A stretch of DNA of 64,000 bases from contig NC_042997.1 in the NCBI RefSeq assembly GCF_006345805.1, positions 68,138,001-68,202,000 of the forward strand. The letters run 5' to 3'. Numbering within the stretch: the first letter of the stretch is position 1; every line of letters starts with the position of its first letter. Made by a program: the position numbers and the translations under genes. The DNA comes from Octopus sinensis. Its lineage: Eukaryota. Shown here in pieces: positions 26,197-37,526 of the stretch. The notes below the pieces were generated by a model that did not search any database, was not told where the DNA came from, and saw only the letters and a program-made list of their open reading frames with translations.

Positions 26197-26643
26197 GTAG
26201 CCAGCCAGTAGGTGTCGCTTCCGACAATCTCTGTTCGATGGTTTTATTTACCTAGTTTCGGTGGAATACATCCACTTGTTTTCAATAATAGAAATATTAA
26301 AATAACTAAGTCTCTCTAAAAGAGAACAGCGGCAGCGTTCCCGGAAAATAATAGTTATTGTTCGAAGGTTATATGGATACAGTTTGTGTATCAAATAGCT
26401 AACTTAAGGCGATGGCCTCATGGAGCTAATAAGCGGACAGCTTTTTTCTTATTTTTATAAGAATGCCATATTAGTATGGCGATAACTATTATTTTCCGGG
26501 AACGCTGCCGCTGTTCTCTTTTAGAGAGACTTAGTTATTTTAATATTTCTATTATTGAAAACAAGTGGATGTATTCCACCGAAACTAGGTAAATAAAACC
26601 ATCGAACAGAGATTGTCGGAAGCGACACCTACTGGCTGGCTAC

Positions 26644-26685
26644 GCTGCATTGAAAAGGGGCAATACCCCGAAACGCGTCTGTAGC
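26644..26685 (+). ncRNA. Minimal type I hammerhead ribozyme motif (U3-A8 variant), predicted cleavage 3' of C26679
   Basis: GCTGCA-TTGAAAA-GGGG CAATA CCCC-GAA-ACGCGT-C-TGTAGC: stem I 6 bp (one GU), stem II 4 bp, palindromic stem III, GUC triplet. Confidence 0.75.
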
Positions 26686-26927
26686 TGCCGGTCAAGTAGT
26701 GTGGAGCGACTGACCTCCCTTGTTCGAAGGTTATATGGATACAGTTTGTGTATCAAATAGCTAACTTAAGGCGATGGCCTCATGGAGCTAATAAGCGGAC
26801 AGCTTTTTTCTTATTTTTATAAGAATGCCATATTAGTATGGCGATAACTATTATTTTCCGGGAACGCTGCCGCTGTTCTCTTTTAGAGAGACTTAGTTAT
26901 TTTAATATTTCTATTATATATATATAT

Positions 26928-27003
<76 letters not shown>

Positions 27004-27160
27004 TACATAATAAGAAGAAAGCAGCCTGCAGAGGATTGCGGTTACTATCAGGAGAGACCATGGCTGAACCTGACGGTAGTGAGTATAATAGTATAAATAA
27101 TATATAAATATATACTTATATGTACATACCAACTTATATATGTATGTATACATACATATA

Positions 27161-27470
27161 TGGGTACAGGATATCAAAAAACGTTGAACACAACGAGAAA
27201 CGAAAGCATAATAAAACAAACATAGAAAACGAACTTTCTTTTTCGAACAACGAAAAAAACAGAGAAACGAGACATGCAACATAAAGAATATTTCCCTTCA
27301 TCAGTTGTCCTTGTTTCATTTACGCAACTTCGTTGAAACAGTCCTTCCTGCAAAGCAAATTGAATAAAATTTGGGATTTTTGAGGAGGGTGAAAGTGGTA
27401 ACAAGAACTGGACAGTGAGAACAAGACAGTAAAAACAAACAGAGAGGGTTGTTAAGTCAAGACGATAGAA
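27161..27470. repeat. Unclassified ~310-bp dispersed repeat next to (TA)n, copy 1
   Basis: GGGTACAGGA..AAAACGTTGAACACAACGAGAAACGAAA...GAAAGTGGTAACAAGAAC; second copy at 45281-45580. Confidence 0.8.
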
Positions 27471-27479
27471 AAATTATTA

Positions 27480-28062
27480 TGAACGCTAGGAGGACGAGCT
27501 ATGAGAGGAGACATTAAGGATTCAGGAGCTGGATGACATTCTACACAGAGAAATGAAAGTCAAGGTCAACGATGCGTATCAAAAAAGGGTGAAGATGGCG
27601 TTGAAATCCAACCTGAATGCCAAAAATTTGATTACCGCAATGAATATCTGGACAGTTGCGGTGGTCAGATATAGTGCGTCCATCTTCAAATGGACTAAAG
27701 AGAGAATATCAACAATGGATAGAAGGACGAGAAAGTTGATGACGCTGCATGGGGCGCTACAGCCTAAAGCAAACGTGAACAGACTGTATATGAAAAGAAA
27801 GAATGGTGGCAGAAGACTAATTAGTATAGACCATTGTATAAGGGGTGAAAGAAGAACGTTTGCCGAGTATTTGATAAGTAGTGATGAAGACGTGCTGCAA
27901 TATGCCGCGAAAGATATGGATGTAAATGCAGATGAAATGATGGGCAACGCTTTCAATACAATAAAAATAAGAGCATCTCAACAAACCACAGTACAAACCC
28001 AGGGCACACAGAGCTGCACTCGGTAGTGCAGTGAAATCACATGATAAAAATAAGACTACTGA

Positions 28063-28063
<1 letters not shown>
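27480..28063 (+). mobile_element. Dong/R4-type LINE fragment (post-RT region joined to 3' UTR) with (TAA)n tail
   Basis: ORF 27553-28026 KSNLNAKNLITAMNIWTVAVVRYSA..DRRTRKLMTLHGALQPKANVNRLYMKRKNGGRRLISI; (TAA)n 28064-28137. Confidence 0.85.
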
Positions 28064-28137
<74 letters not shown>

Positions 28138-28138
<1 letters not shown>

Positions 28139-30543
28139 TAAGGAGGAGGCAGTGGACCAAAGAAGAAAACAGGAAAGTGAACCTAAAAGAAGTGGCTATA
28201 GAAAACGGATGTTAACACTTTGGAGTTAAGACTAACCGTCAGTTTAATATTAAGGAAGGCAAAGGCAGAATATCATTTCAGAAAGAGTAAGGGAAAAAAT
28301 TAACCATTTGCTTTTCATTATGAATGTAAAAGACATAGATTCCTTAATACAGAGTGTAATACTCATTAGCAAAGATAGAGGCTTGGAATTTGGCATAGAT
28401 AAGTGTGCAATATTAGTCATTAGAAAGGGACAGGTAGACAACAGCGGAGACATCTAATTACCAGATGGCCAGACATTTAAATAATTGTGCTAACTACAGA
28501 GTAAAGTGTTAGCAAAATGCCGAATTGGAAGGGCCCAGGACCAGAATTAGTTCCGGGTTACTGGCTAACGAAATTTAGTAGTTTTCATGGGAGGCTGAGG
28601 AAACAACTTTAGGATTGCTTAATGGAGGAATAATACCAGATTGGATGACTAGAGGAAGAACAATACCCATTATGAAGGATACAAGCAAGGGCAAAACAGC
28701 TGGCAATTATCGACCAATCACTTGCTTACCACTTGCTTAGTGTGGAAACTGCTAACAGGAATGCTTTCAGAAAGCATTTACGAGCACCTTGACAACGAGA
28801 ATTTACGGCCAGTGGAACAGAAAGGTTGCCGGAAGAAGGTTAGAGGAACGCATGATATATTATACATAGAAAAAGCAGTTCTAAATGAAGAAAAAGCTAG
28901 AAAGGAAAATCTAACAATTGCATAGATAGATTATAGGAACTTATGACATGATCCAATACTCATGGATAAGCGAATGTTTGAGTATATTCAATATAGCAGA
29001 TAACACAAGAGAACTAATATTTGTCTTGTTTGATACCCATCTGTTTGGTATTAAGGAAAGCAAAGGCAGAGTATCAGTTCAGAGAGAGAGTAGGGGAAAA
29101 ATTAACCATTTGTTCTACATGGATAAACTGAAACTTTATATTATGAATGAAAAAGAGATAGATTCCTTAATACAGACTGTAATACTCTTCAGCAAAGATA
29201 TAGGCATGGAATTTGGCATAGATAAATGTGCAATATTAGTCATGAGAAGGGGACAGGTAGACAATAGCGAAGAATCTAATTACCAGATGACCAGACATTT
29301 AAATCATTATGCTAACTACAGAATTATAAACGAAAATTGAGAAGGAGAATATCAGAAGGGTAAGAAAGTTAATGAAGCTAAATAGTCCGAACCTAGTGAA
29401 GGCTGTAAATACTTGGGCAGTATCATTAGTTAGATACTCAGCAGCTTTTGTAGATTGGACAAAAATTGAATTAGCAAAGCTAGACAGAAGAACTGGAAAG
29501 AAATTCAATATGAATGGAGGACTCCATCCAAGGGCAGGAGTAGCAAGATTATACCTACCTAGAAAGGAAGATGGAAAAAGATTAATAACAGTAGAAGATT
29601 GCATGGTAGGTAATTGTGAAGAAGGTTTATTAAAAACTGCTAGAATCACAACAACACATAGGGAAACCAAAATCCCAAACGAAGTTAAAATTCAGAAAAA
29701 AAAAAGAACAGAAATTATCTGACTGACAGGAGAAGGCATTGCATGGTAGATCCTCAAAGATAGTTGCAGCAAATAGTAATAGTGAGACATAGTTATGGTT
29801 GCAGAAAGGGAAGCTGTAGAAGGAGACAGAAAGTTTGTTAGCAGCTGCACAAGATCAAGCGTTAATGGCTAATTGGATGAAAGCCAAGATATACAAAATC
29901 CAAGTAGATTCCCAATGTAAATTATGCAAATCAAAAGAGGAAAGTGTTACTCATATAGTAAGTGAATGTAGCATGCTGGCATAGAAGGAATACAAGAAAA
30001 GACGTAACAATCTAGGGAGATTAATGCATTGGGAGCCATGTAGAAAGCTAGGATTGGAATATACAGATAAATGGTATGGACATGAACCTAGTAAAGTACT
30101 AGAAAGTAAGAAATACAAGATATGGGATCTTAACATTCAGACTGACAGAGTAATAGAAGATAGAAGGCCTGATTTGGTAGTAGTAAATAAAGAGGATAGA
30201 AAGTTCCAGATAGTTGACTTTACAGTACATAACTATGAAAAAAATAATATGAGAAGTATAGAAAAAATAGCAAAGTACCAGGACCTAGCTATTAAATTAC
30301 AGAACCTATGGAAAGTGCTGGTAAAGTGCATCCCAGTAGTTTTAGGTGCATTGGGAACTAACAAATGGATATAAGAAATTGGCGTAAAACCCAGTTTAGT
30401 ACAGCTATAGTGTTATTTGAGAGAGCTAGGATATTTAGGAGGGTTCTTGGCATCTAAGGTTACTTATTGTAAACCGATGTTATGTTGTTTTCTTTGCCAA
30501 CTCTATAATCTGTTGAGTGTATATGTTAATAATAATATAATAA
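28138..30543 (+). mobile_element. Dong/R4-type LINE, internally deleted and rearranged, in (TAA)n
   Basis: RRRQWTKEEN/GYRKRM N-terminus; MPNWKGPGP..GNYRPITCL..EQKGCRK RT region; CKLCKSKEESVTHIVSEC knuckle; RRPDLVVVNKEDRKFQIVDFTV endonuclease; IPVVLGALG; TAA tail. Confidence 0.92.
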
Positions 30544-30546
30544 ATA

Positions 30547-31096
30547 CTCTGATGCAGTACCAGGCAGTGGATCTCATGGCTTCTGACCTTAACTGATTGG
30601 AAGTCTTATCATGTACATTGATTTGTCTTGGCATGAAACATAGGCTACAACAAAAATTCCGCTCAATACCACAGATCTGCTTGTCAGTTGTTTGATCTTA
30701 ACCAATTGCGCATGTCCTTGAGTGGCTCACAATATATGGATCTCTGATCAGGAGCAGAAGTAGTGGGGGAACATCATAGCCATATATTGAGAGGAATTCT
30801 TTGGGGTTTGAATAATTTACCTCAGGAAACATGGGTGGTTCGTTCAACATCCTTAAGCAACCTTTATTCAGGGACCTTTTGAGCGGGTTGACCAGCTCGA
30901 CCCGAAGAAAATTCTAACTGGGCACTACCTGAAAGTCATGCACTGTTTACCTTGATATGAGATCACTATGTCGTGAACATATGGTTGTGATGCGTGTACC
31001 TAGTGTACCCTTGTCAGACGGTTAATCATGATGTATATACTGGGCTTCGTATATTTTACCCCAATGTCACTTTGATAGCATACACTGTTCTCTCAG
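30547..31096. mobile_element. Unclassified ~550-bp non-coding element, copy 1
   Basis: CTGATGCAGTACCAGGCAGTGG...TATTTTACCCCA.TGTCACTTTGAT; colinear with 56345-56899 and 57649-58185. Confidence 0.85.
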
Positions 31097-31280
<184 letters not shown>

Positions 31281-32179
31281 TAGTACATGTGAATTTGCGT
31301 GTGTAATCTGGGAATGCATTTTATGAGCTTCTCTGCCCTAGGTCTACGGAAAAAACTCGGCGAGAAACGGAAGAAGGAAAAAAAAAATAATACTGACAAT
31401 CAGGAAGTATTAATTAGATGAAAAGAATGGATACCATGGTACTGATGACTGCAGTTAAGAAGCCCGCGTTCAATATAACGATCTTCACCCGGGAACAAAA
31501 GGAAATAAATAAACCATCCTGGTGGGTGTTAACAAGTATGTGGAAAACGAATATGAAAAAAAAAATGCGCGCTGACGAACCTGGGGTTAATTAAAAATAG
31601 AACACGGAGAATTGCTTTTTTTGCAAGGCCAAGGTCAGCATTCCCATTGATCGCTAGTAGTAGTAAACACATTTTGTCTCTGCTGACCCAAAGGGTATGA
31701 GGCCTCTTTTGTCTCCTTATCGCACAGGAATGTCCAGTGCTGACTTCCTCACCATCTGCCGAATCAATTTACAGACCTATAGAGTTTCGTCTATTCACCA
31801 AGCTGCTATTCCTCCGCCTAATATTCCCTTCAACACATATTTATGTACAAGACAATAGTTGAAACTAAACAACAGTTAATAATATCTTTTAGTAATAATA
31901 ATAATATAATAATAATAATGATAACTAGCTGGACCGTGAATAATCCACGGAAAATATAAAAAATGTAAGCATCTGTAAATTGTGTGCTGGTACCATTAGA
32001 AATGTTTCTATATTGTAACACTTACAGAATATAGAAAGAAGTGTAAAACCGATAAATACATAATCCAACCAAAATGTCTCTTTTACGCAAACGTAAAAAC
32101 AATTACTATTTAGCCTTAAAATACATCATACATATTCAAAGAAACTTCCTGGTTTAGTGGTATGGAACGTTCTTCTGGT

Positions 32180-32505
32180 ATACTTTTATTCTTTTGGTGG
32201 TTTCAGTCATTTGACGGTGGCCATGCTGAAGCACCGCTCTTTAGTCGAAGAAATCGACCCCTGGACTTATTCCCTGTAAGCCTGGTGCTTATTCAATCAG
32301 TCTTTTCTGTCGAACAGCTAAGTTACGGGGACGCAAACACACCAGCATCGGTTGTCAAACAACGGTGGTTGTGGAACAAACACACACACGCATAAATATA
32401 TAATATAACACCCCCCCCCCACACATATATATATATATATGACGGGTTTCGTTCAGTTTCCGCCTACCAAATTCACTCACGAGGCTATAGTAGAAGACAC
32501 TCTTT
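32180..32505 (-). mobile_element. SINE family A, lacking the head
   Basis: TTTCAGTCATTTGACGGTGGCCATGCTGAAGCACCGC...GACGGGTTTCGTTCAGTTTCCGCCTACCAAATTCACTCAC. Confidence 0.8.
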
Positions 32506-32570
32506 AAAGTATAGAGTTCAATTTCATGTAGCCACCTACTAGCAACTTTTCTCCCCCACCCATTTTGTAG

Positions 32571-34604
32571 GGGGTATATCCCAATTTTCTGGGCTCTTTT
32601 CACGGTGCTATGTCTTTTCGTCTGGCGTCACTTCCTCCACGTATTTTCGCCCGACGTCCTTTTGTCCGATGATTTCTTTTTGTCCAACGACTTTTTGGCC
32701 AATTTTAAATAAACTTTTTAGAAAACAAAGTGAAATATCTCTAATGATATATTCACAAAACTATAACGAGCCTCGTTATAGGATTGTTATTATCGTTCTT
32801 TTTCCTTCTCTGTTAACAGTTTTACTTCTACTTTTTCCTTCTCTCTCTTAACTACGGTGCTGTGTATAGAGTGTGCTGCAAATTTAGTGTACACATTTTT
32901 AATTTAGCCACCCCGAAATGACATAGTTCATAGTATCGGCCAAAACCAAAAGAAAAGTAGTTGATGAAAGTAATTACATCTACGATGTTCATTCAAGCAA
33001 TACAAAACTAGGGAAAGAATACTGGAGATATGAGAAAAGAAGGATGTCCTCAGTGCGAATTCATACGGTAACGGAAAACAATGAGCCGATAATTATTTAT
33101 TTTTCTAGTGAGTACCTTCATTCAGCTGATGTAGATTCGTTAAATGTTAGAAAAGCAGTTGCAGAAATAAAGCATGAAGCGGTGGAAAACATGGTAGCAA
33201 GTTCGCGTAGTATAATAGCGGCTAAGTTTACGCAGCTAACAGAAAATACTTACTCACAACTTCCTCGTTTGCCTGTACTTTCCAGGATTATTCAAAGGTG
33301 CCGACAAAAAATTCTGGATTTCCCGCTAATCCAGGGGCTAGAACTCGTTTTTAAATACCTGGAGAATTTGGTAAAGCTGATAATGGCGAAGTTTCTGAGA
33401 TACGATTCGGGTATCGAGTATCAACAGCACATACTAATATTTGCATCAGAAAGTGCTCTTCAGAGTATAGCCTCATATCGTCATTGGGCATGTGATGGAA
33501 CGTTCAAAATTGTGCCAGAACAGTAGATTCAACTGTTTAGCATCCATGTACAAGTCAAAGGTAGCAGTTTTCCACAGGTCTTTGCATTACTGCCAAATAA
33601 AACAAAGCAGACATATAAATTATTTTTCGAGCAATTGAAAATTATGCAACTTAATGCATATCCACTCGAACTCATGGCAGATTTCGAAGTTGCAGTTCAT
33701 ACTTCTTCATTCCCGAATTCATTTATCGTGCCATGTTTGTTTCATTTGAGCCAATCAGTATTTCGAAAAATTACAGATTTAGGCTTCAAAGAAAAATACA
33801 ATAAAGACTCTGAATTCTGTCTTAAAATTCGATGTTTTTCAACATTATCCTTCCTAGTCATTGAAGATGTCGAAGAGGTTTATGAAGAATTAATAGACGA
33901 TGAAGAAATACCTGCTGAATTCATCGCTTACTACGACTTGAATTACATAGGCGTTGTGAGAGGACGTGGTGCTAGACGGAGAAAACCACCTAGATTCTTG
34001 ATAGCTGTATGGAATGTTAATCAGCGTATTCTTCTAGATCTTCCTAGAACAAATAATACTGCGGAGGAGTTTCATTCTGCGATAAAGCGTTCGGCGGGTG
34101 GAGAACATTTGAATATTTGGAAATTAATCAAAACTCTGAAGGAAGTGGAAGGGTTCGTTCAAGGTAAAATTAATCAAGTTCTTTGAGATCCATCAATTTC
34201 ATGAACACGATATCGAAGAATAACAGAAAATCTCAAAAGATTGTTCATTGAATACGGGTCAACAAGAAAAATTGATTTTTTTTAAGAGTGTGGCATATAA
34301 TTTGCATCAATTTTAAGTGATCATAATAAATCATTAGTTATACCTTATTACTTTTTTAAAATGACATTTTTAAATACATTTTCCCAGAGTATTTTACTCG
34401 AATCCTATCAATAAAATGTTCAATGATTATTTGATTTTCCTGTTCACCTTATTATCTAAAGAATTTATTTAAAATTGGACAAAAAGTCGTTGGACAAAAA
34501 ATCATCGGACAAAAAGACGTCGGATGAATAGATGTGGACGAAGTGACGTTGGACAAAGTGACATCGGACTAAAAGTCGGGTCACACTTTTCACAGCTATA
34601 CCCC
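32571..34604 (+). mobile_element. Mutator-like (MULE) DNA transposon with ~140-bp TIRs
   Basis: Left end GGGGTATA, right end TATACCCC; TIR body (TTTTGTCCGATGAT..TTTTTGTCCAACGACTTTTTG.CCAATTTTAAATAAA) matches in inverted orientation; no TSD visible. Confidence 0.88.
32918..34186 (+). pseudogene. MULE transposase with FLYWCH-like N-terminus
   Basis: One frame from ATG 32918 to stop 34186 with in-frame TAG at 32924 and 33524; YIYDVH..KEYWRY..RIHT; HWACDGTFKIVP; MADFE; CLFHLSQ; RTNNTAEEFH. Confidence 0.9.
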
Positions 34605-34987
34605 GTTCGAAATTTGCATTAGTTTTTGTATGAAAAAAAAGGAAGGGAGGGGACTTATTTGTAGTATGTAGAGAAAACGTTAAACGTGCCTGAAAAAAAA
34701 ACATGGGCTTTCCCCACCAACTAAAAGACATGAAGAAGGCGAATAAATACCGGGGGTGGGGGAAAGAAAAGAGAACTAACAGTCGATCGTTATAATAAAA
34801 ACGTAAACACCCGAATGAATTTCCTTCTATTCATTACTGAATGTCTTTCCCACTTCTTCATTGTTAAAAGTAAAAAAAGCTAGAAAAGATCGATCGTATT
34901 TCAATCTAATTGTCATTTTAAATGTCTGAGGCTTTCCTTTCTCTGTCTCTATCGATTCACTCCTTTTTTCTACGGTTAAGAGAGTGA

Positions 34988-35078
34988 AGATGCGTGGCTC
35001 AGTGGTTAGGGGTATTCTGCCCATGATCGTAAAATCATGAGTACGATTCCCCGTGGCGCGCTGTTTTTGAGCAAGATA
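34988..35078 (+). mobile_element. SINE family C head fragment
   Basis: GCGTGGCTCAGTGGTTAGGG..CATGATCGTAAAATCATGAGTACGATTCCC..TTTTGAGCAAGATAC. Confidence 0.65.
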
Positions 35079-36012
35079 CAGATATGTAGGTATATGTTCG
35101 TATATGTAAGTATTCGTATGTTGTATTTATATATAATATATATATATATATGTATTTATGTTTCTTTTCTGTGTATATTCTACTGACGAGGCAAAGCATT
35201 CCTAAATGCAAAGTCAGAAATCTGGGATCTAGAATTATCCAGTAATTTTTTATTAGTTTCATCTTGTCTCTTTGTTTTCTCTCCGTGTTGATATATGGAC
35301 AATTAAAGTGGTTTTAGAGTCAGATCATGGCTGCTATTTTCAGCATGGTGGTATATATATATATTAAATCTTTAATATTTTTAATTATTAAAGTTGTTTT
35401 GATTTTTTAAGTTTTGAAATTCGGTTTAAAATCATATTTAGCCTTTTAATTTTTGGTCTTCTCAAAACTCAGTATTTTATTTTATTTTTATTTTTAACCT
35501 CAAAGTTTTTCCTTTCTGTTTACTATCCACTGTTACTAAAGCTTTATCAACCTTCCCATCATAATATAGCTGCTGTTGATTTTTTTGTCCATTCCATTTA
35601 CCATTCATTTTTTCTAATACGCTTCACTTCGAATGTGAGGAAGAAGGAATGACCCAATATCAAAGATTTAAGTTGACCATGTGAGTAAGTGGCTAATATC
35701 AAATTCTCTTCCATTAGTCCTTCTTTTCAACTTCTTTTCACCTTGTCGCTTTATCTTCCTTTCTCTCACCTTATACTTATTGCCTGTCTTCTCTCCTCTT
35801 CCCATGCCTGTATCATTCTTTCAGAGCTCTGCTTGGTTATAACCACAACAGAATGGTGCTGGCAAAAGCAGCATAAATTCTCCAGATCGTTCAATTTTTC
35901 TTACCCTATCAATGGTCTGATTGAGCAAACAAATCAATAACGGACATATAATGAAACAGGTGTAAATCATACATATATATGTGTGTGTGTGTGTGTGTAT
36001 GTGTGTTTGTGT

Positions 36013-36059
<47 letters not shown>

Positions 36060-36069
36060 TGTGTGTTTT

Positions 36070-36210
36070 TGCGGTTCGCTAACAGAAACTGATAGAATGA
36101 GTACCAGGCTTATGAAAAGGGTTGGGGTGGATTCATTCGTCTAAAATTGCACAAGCTGACGCTCCAAGATTGCCGCAGTTTAATGACTGAAACTAGTAAA
36201 AGGAAAAAAA
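36070..36210 (+). mobile_element. SINE family A 3' fragment
   Basis: GCGGTTCGCTAACAGAAACTGATAGAATGAGTACCAGGCTT...GCAGTTTAATGACTGAAACTAGTAAAAG. Confidence 0.7.
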
Positions 36211-36227
36211 ACTATAAAATATATATA

Positions 36228-36309
<82 letters not shown>

Positions 36310-36371
36310 TATATATATTATATATATATATAATATATATATATATTATTATTATTATTATTATATATGTA

Positions 36372-36497
36372 GAAAAATACAAACTGGGACAAGAACGCAA
36401 AACACTTAGAAGACGATACAAAAAACACGGACGGGACATTCGAAGCCCTCAATCTTCAGTCAAGAACCGGATCATCGTAGCAATTTCGGCTGATTAA
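36372..36497. repeat. Unclassified (TA)n-associated dispersed repeat; inverted homolog at 39930-40150
   Basis: AAACACGGACGG.CATTCGA..GAACCGGATCATC..GCAATTTCGGCTGATTAATC versus GATTAATCAGCCGAAATTGCGAGGATGATCCGGTTC..CGTCCGTGTTT. Confidence 0.75.
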
Positions 36498-36507
36498 TCT
36501 TATATAC

Positions 36508-36655
36508 GATGGGCTTATTTCAGTTTCCGTCTGCCAAATCCATAAGGCTTTGATTGGCCCGCGGCTATAGTAGAAGATACTTGCCCAAGACGCCATGCAG
36601 TGGGACTGAACCCGAAACCATGTGGTCGGTAAGCAAGCTACTTACTACACAGTCA
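36508..36655 (-). mobile_element. SINE family A 5' half
   Basis: GGCTATAGTAGAAGATACTTGCCCAAGACGCCATGCAGTGGGACTGAACCCGAAACCATGTGG. Confidence 0.85.
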
Positions 36656-36675
36656 GGTAAATTTATGTATATGTA

Positions 36676-37251
36676 CACAGACATGCAGGAAGTAAATAGA
36701 CACCTTTAATGTTCAAAATCTTTTATTAGATATTATTTGGTTGAAGGAGAGGTTTTCTTCTAGCTGCTCGTCCATTATAGCCAAGCTTATGCAAATATGT
36801 AAACACGTTCTTGGACTAACCTCTAGCTGTTTTGAATGTCAGAAGCCTTCGAACGGGGTTCTTTTTCCAAAATTGTCTTCAAAAAGCGAAGCTTCCTTTC
36901 CAAGGGTCCAAGTCAGCCGGGACTAGAATCTGTTGATTCTTTTCCTAGACTTTTGAATTGCACTATAATTCTATTAACAGTAGCAAGAGGAATTTGATAA
37001 CTTTCGGCAATTTTTCGCTGGCTAAGATCAGCCTCACATTGCCCAACAATAAGACCTCTTTGAAAATCTGATAGTTCTGCTGAATTTTTTGTGCGTGGCA
37101 TGGTTACTCTTCGCAAATGTTTAATATAATGGCACCAGGAATGAAAAAGAATAATTACATTGTAAATTCTACACCGCTGAAAATATATTAAGATGCTTCG
37201 ACCAGAAATTTTGAAAATTAAAGGGCTCTATTTACTTCTTGCATGTCTGTG
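36676..37251 (-). mobile_element. Tc1-like deletion derivative (576 bp) with both TIRs, TA TSD and DNA-binding domain only
   Basis: TA|CACAGACATGCAGGAAGTAAATAGACACC versus GGGCTCTATTTACTTCTTGCATGTCTGTG|TA; [43 protein letters not shown]; downstream HKLGYNGRAARRKPLL. Confidence 0.88.
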
Positions 37252-37447
37252 TACATGTGTATGTATGTATGTATGTATGTATGTATGTATGTATGTATGT
37301 ATGTATGTATGTATGTATGTATGTATGTATGTATGTATGTATGTATGTATGTATGTATGTATGTATGTATGTATGTATGTATGTATGTATGTATGTATAT
37401 GTAGTATGTATGTATGTATGTATGTATGCATGCAGCATGCATGCATG

Positions 37448-37480
<33 letters not shown>

Positions 37481-37526
37481 TGTATATATGTATGTATAAA
37501 TAATATATATATATATATATATATAT

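Larger units (their letters stand above)
25988..26915. mobile_element. 362-bp hammerhead-containing monomer, tandem plus head-to-head inverted (retrozyme or Penelope pseudo-LTR-like), locus 1
   Basis: AGTTAT recurs at 25991/26353 and GATAACT at 26481/26843 (period 362); inversion junction ~26358; (TA)n on both flanks. Confidence 0.85.

Noticed and set aside
25988-26915. CRISPR-like or satellite interpretation of the repeated units
   Set aside because: Units are 362 bp with no unique spacers, the context is eukaryotic and there are no cas genes.
32560-34615. 9-bp target site duplication of the MULE
   Set aside because: The flanks CATTTTGTAG and GTTCGAAAT do not match.
35760-35960. Polypyrimidine tract plus TTCAG suggesting a host exon
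   Set aside because: No frame stays open to a plausible donor site and there is no recognisable protein similarity.
36425-36470. Hammerhead-like CTGAAGA...GAA on the minus strand
   Set aside because: Stem II is poorly paired, GAAT replaces GAAA, and there is no consistent stem I or III.
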